Assembly: GCA_000182565.2 (NCBI GenBank)
Contig: KQ257451.1
Strand: one strand, 5' to 3'
Origin: Spizellomyces punctatus DAOM BR117
Taxonomy: Eukaryota
DNA: 50,765 bases
The position numbers and the translations under genes were made by a program. The notes below the pieces were generated by a model, which searched no databases, was not told the DNA's origin, and saw nothing but the letters and a program-made list of their open reading frames with translations. The first letter of the stretch is position 1. Every line of letters begins with the position of its first letter. Shown piece after piece: positions 48,098 through 50,765 of this stretch.

Positions 48098-48799
48098 TGT
48101 TATCGTTGGTGTATAGTCTGGTGGAATAATTGATGACACCACTAGCATTTGTTTATAGTACTCGCCATTCAGGCGGTCTCTTGTTTTCCTATTACTCGGT
48201 ATAAAGATCTGCTTCGTTATAGTTGACGGATTTATGGGTGTCCAGTTTGATAGTGGTTCAGATGAAACCAACAATCGGTGGTGTAATCTTTCCGGTATGG
48301 CCACTAGACTTGCAGATACACGCAGCCTCGTCCGTCCCAAAAGGGGTGAATCTGTCTTCATGTAAATGGAATCTTGGCATAGGGCATATAAGCATGTATT
48401 AATACTTTATATGAAAGTCGTATGAGATACGCATGTCCAAACAGTGTTCTCGACGACGTTGATGTAATTCAGGTAGTCGCCAAAGTCTTTGAAGTTCCTG
48501 GTCCGCCTGCGTATCTTTATGACTATTCTACCTCTACTGTCAACATTAAACAACAGGTGCAAGCGGCCAGGATGCTGCTATGCAATGCCCTTGGCAGGTG
48601 TTTATAGAGGTTAACCTTTCGTCCAGATAGCATTTTCTTACTGAATGCCAACGGGATTGATTCAACGCACTCATGAGGAAAACCGGTGTAAACCTCACCA
48701 GCATCACTACACAAAAATCTGGACAAATCTAGCCATTCTTTAAAAAAGTTACGTATTTACATTCTTGTTACTTTAATAAAAAAAAAAACCACACCAAAG

Positions 48800-48828
48800 G
48801 GAGAGGAGAGAGAGAGAGAGAGAGAGAG
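48800..48828 (+). repeat. (GA)n microsatellite
   Basis: ggagaggagagagagagagagagagagag. Confidence 0.9.
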
Positions 48829-49027
48829 GGGAAGGATGGGAGACTCATTACACCAAAATTAACCGAAAGTAGAAAAGGGGTATGTACACATCTTTCTGCC
48901 CATCCAAATCCTGTAAACAACTATTCACACAGCGCATGGATGATGGAAACAGATGGGCAGTAGATTTCGAAAGGTGAGAAAAAGGGGAAGGGGCGGGTAT
49001 TCTTAACATTGGGGAGGTCAAGTTGGT

Positions 49028-50765
49028 TCAAAAACAAACTTGTTCGTCTTCTTCTGGAATATCGGAAAAGGAAAGTCTAAAATACTGCAGTGAGATGGAT
49101 AGTCGTTACCACTCGCATACAACGTTCAACATACTGCAATCCCATCTGATCTCCAGATGTCCGTCGTTCCAGTACAGCCTTCATCTTTTTCAATAGTCGC
49201 TGTTCCTTGGTTTGCCCTGTTCGTCTTGGCTTTGGCGGTGTTCCGTCACTAGATGACCCGTCTGAAGGGACGACAGCATCATTTAAGGAGCTGGTTGTAG
49301 AATGCGCAGATGAGGAGCGACGGCGGCGTTTGTAGAGAGATTCCCCGTCTTCTTCCTCTGATGAAGGTGTGATGGAGCGCTTCAGGCCCGATCTTTGCCG
49401 CGATGGATTGTGGTGGACTTTGGCTTGATGTGACTAGACAAGTACATCATGATGAGTTTGTTTGACCTTGCCCACACACACACCTATGAGCACATACCTT
49501 TAGGTTTCCCAGCTGGCTAAATGCACGATCACAGCCCTCAATTCCACAGGTGAAAGGTTTGACCCCCAAATGGAGCAACTCGTGAGTCTTCATGTTGCCC
49601 ATTTGGCTAAAGGCCTTGTCGCATCCAGCAAACGAACACTGCAGATGCATAGAGGGGCAAGAAAAGGGAGGGCAAGGAAGGGGGGAGCACCGATATTGGG
49701 TTAGGGTACAGGTTGTCAAGTAAACAGCCTTCATGACTCGGTCCAGCCCAAATTCTGTTTTTTGGCCCATCTGTAATAGATGGGGGCGTGACCTTGCTCA
49801 GCTAGTCAACCCACAACCCCTCCCAGTAACCCGCACGGTGTAGGTCCTGTTGTCTTTTTCTCACGCAGAGCAGATACGAACCTTGAAGGGCTTTTCGCCT
49901 GTGTGTTTGCGTTCGTGGGTTTTCAGATTCCCCAACTGGGTAAAAGACTTGTCACAGTCAGGGAATGTGCAGACCTGATAAAAAAAAGTCAACATGCGTG
50001 GGCCGTGGCAAAGAAGGTCAAACTATATAACTCACATAAGGCCGTTCTCCCGTATGCTTGCGCTATAGATATGGTGGAAGAGATTGACAGCACGGTAAGC
50101 AGTTGCATCACGGATTTGGAAACGCACTCTTTGCTGTGGCTAATAGCGGGCAAAGCCAGATGAAGAGCTCAGATAGCGAAAGCCATATGCCAGTAGTACA
50201 GACAGCAGCACAGCCGCATTGTTCGGCCGTTGCTCTTAAAAAGGGACTTTTCACCGTATGGCCAGTAACTCGACAGTGGACTACTCGGACAATTCGTCCT
50301 GTACGGCGCATCAGAGTGTTCTGGAACTTTCCCACGCACCGACACATCCTATTGTCAGTCTAACCTACCTGGTGAATCTTCAAGTGTGCCAGCTGCATAA
50401 ACGTCTTGTTGCAGCCGTCATAATCACAGGAAAACACCCGTCCATCTGGAACAGAGTTTCTTCTCTTGCGCCCAAAGGCAGAGTCATAGGGCGGTGATGG
50501 CGGAGCTCCAGCTGGCGCGACCTGATCCTCAATCTTTGTGTGGACAAACAAAGCCTGAGACAGCAATGACGCTGCTGCTGTCGTGTACGGGAGCGACTGA
50601 GCTGCACGCTGCGATGCTGTGCACGATACAGCTGCAGGTAAAATGTTGCTGGGCAGCGCGGCTGCAGTCGTTGCTGCTACTGTGGCGTTGGCGGGTAAAC
50701 TAGTTGTAGGTATATTGGCAGCGGCGGCTGCGGCGACAGCAGCAGCAAGAAAGTCGTTGAAGGGC
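49028..50765 (-). CDS. C2H2 zinc-finger transcription factor with 4 fingers (AZF1-like), 5' end outside the window
   Basis: Spliced fingers [100 protein letters not shown]. The 3' end is approximate. Confidence 0.88.

Noticed and set aside
47768-48361. 197-aa minus-strand ORF, and a Fic-like IHPFWDGRG in another frame
   Set aside because: The ORF is largely antisense to the dioxygenase. The motif departs from HPFxDGNGR and is bounded by stops.

Overview
Eukaryotic genomic DNA with many short GT-AG introns (~60-90 nt). It is most likely an early-diverging fungus, probably a chytrid; this is inferred from gene content and intron style, not from a database search. Positions 1-10.7 kb are gene-poor and repeat-rich: an intact tRNA-Trp(CCA) with tandem and inverted copies of its own 5' end, telomere-like tracts, a ~70-bp 18S rRNA fragment, a decayed Cys-rich transposase-like ORF, and a heavily decayed Fanzor1-like (eukaryotic TnpB) gene that the ORF track misses because of frameshifts. 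From 10.9 kb on the window is gene-dense: a bacterial/phage-type UvrD helicase with a presequence-like N-terminus, a tastin-like protein, a divergent ATAD2/Yta7, NOG1, a multi-TM protein, GNL1, a WD40 protein, an alpha-arrestin, a DOPA 4,5-dioxygenase and an AZF1-like C2H2 factor. The standout is a head-to-head pair of signal-anchored polyamine fusion genes at 30.2-35.1 kb: (A) aminopropyltransferase-like + apparently dead AdoMetDC + SET/post-SET, and (B) bacterial-type AdoMetDC with intact cleavage motif + aminopropyltransferase. This architecture parallels the proposed diatom long-chain/N-methylated polyamine machinery.
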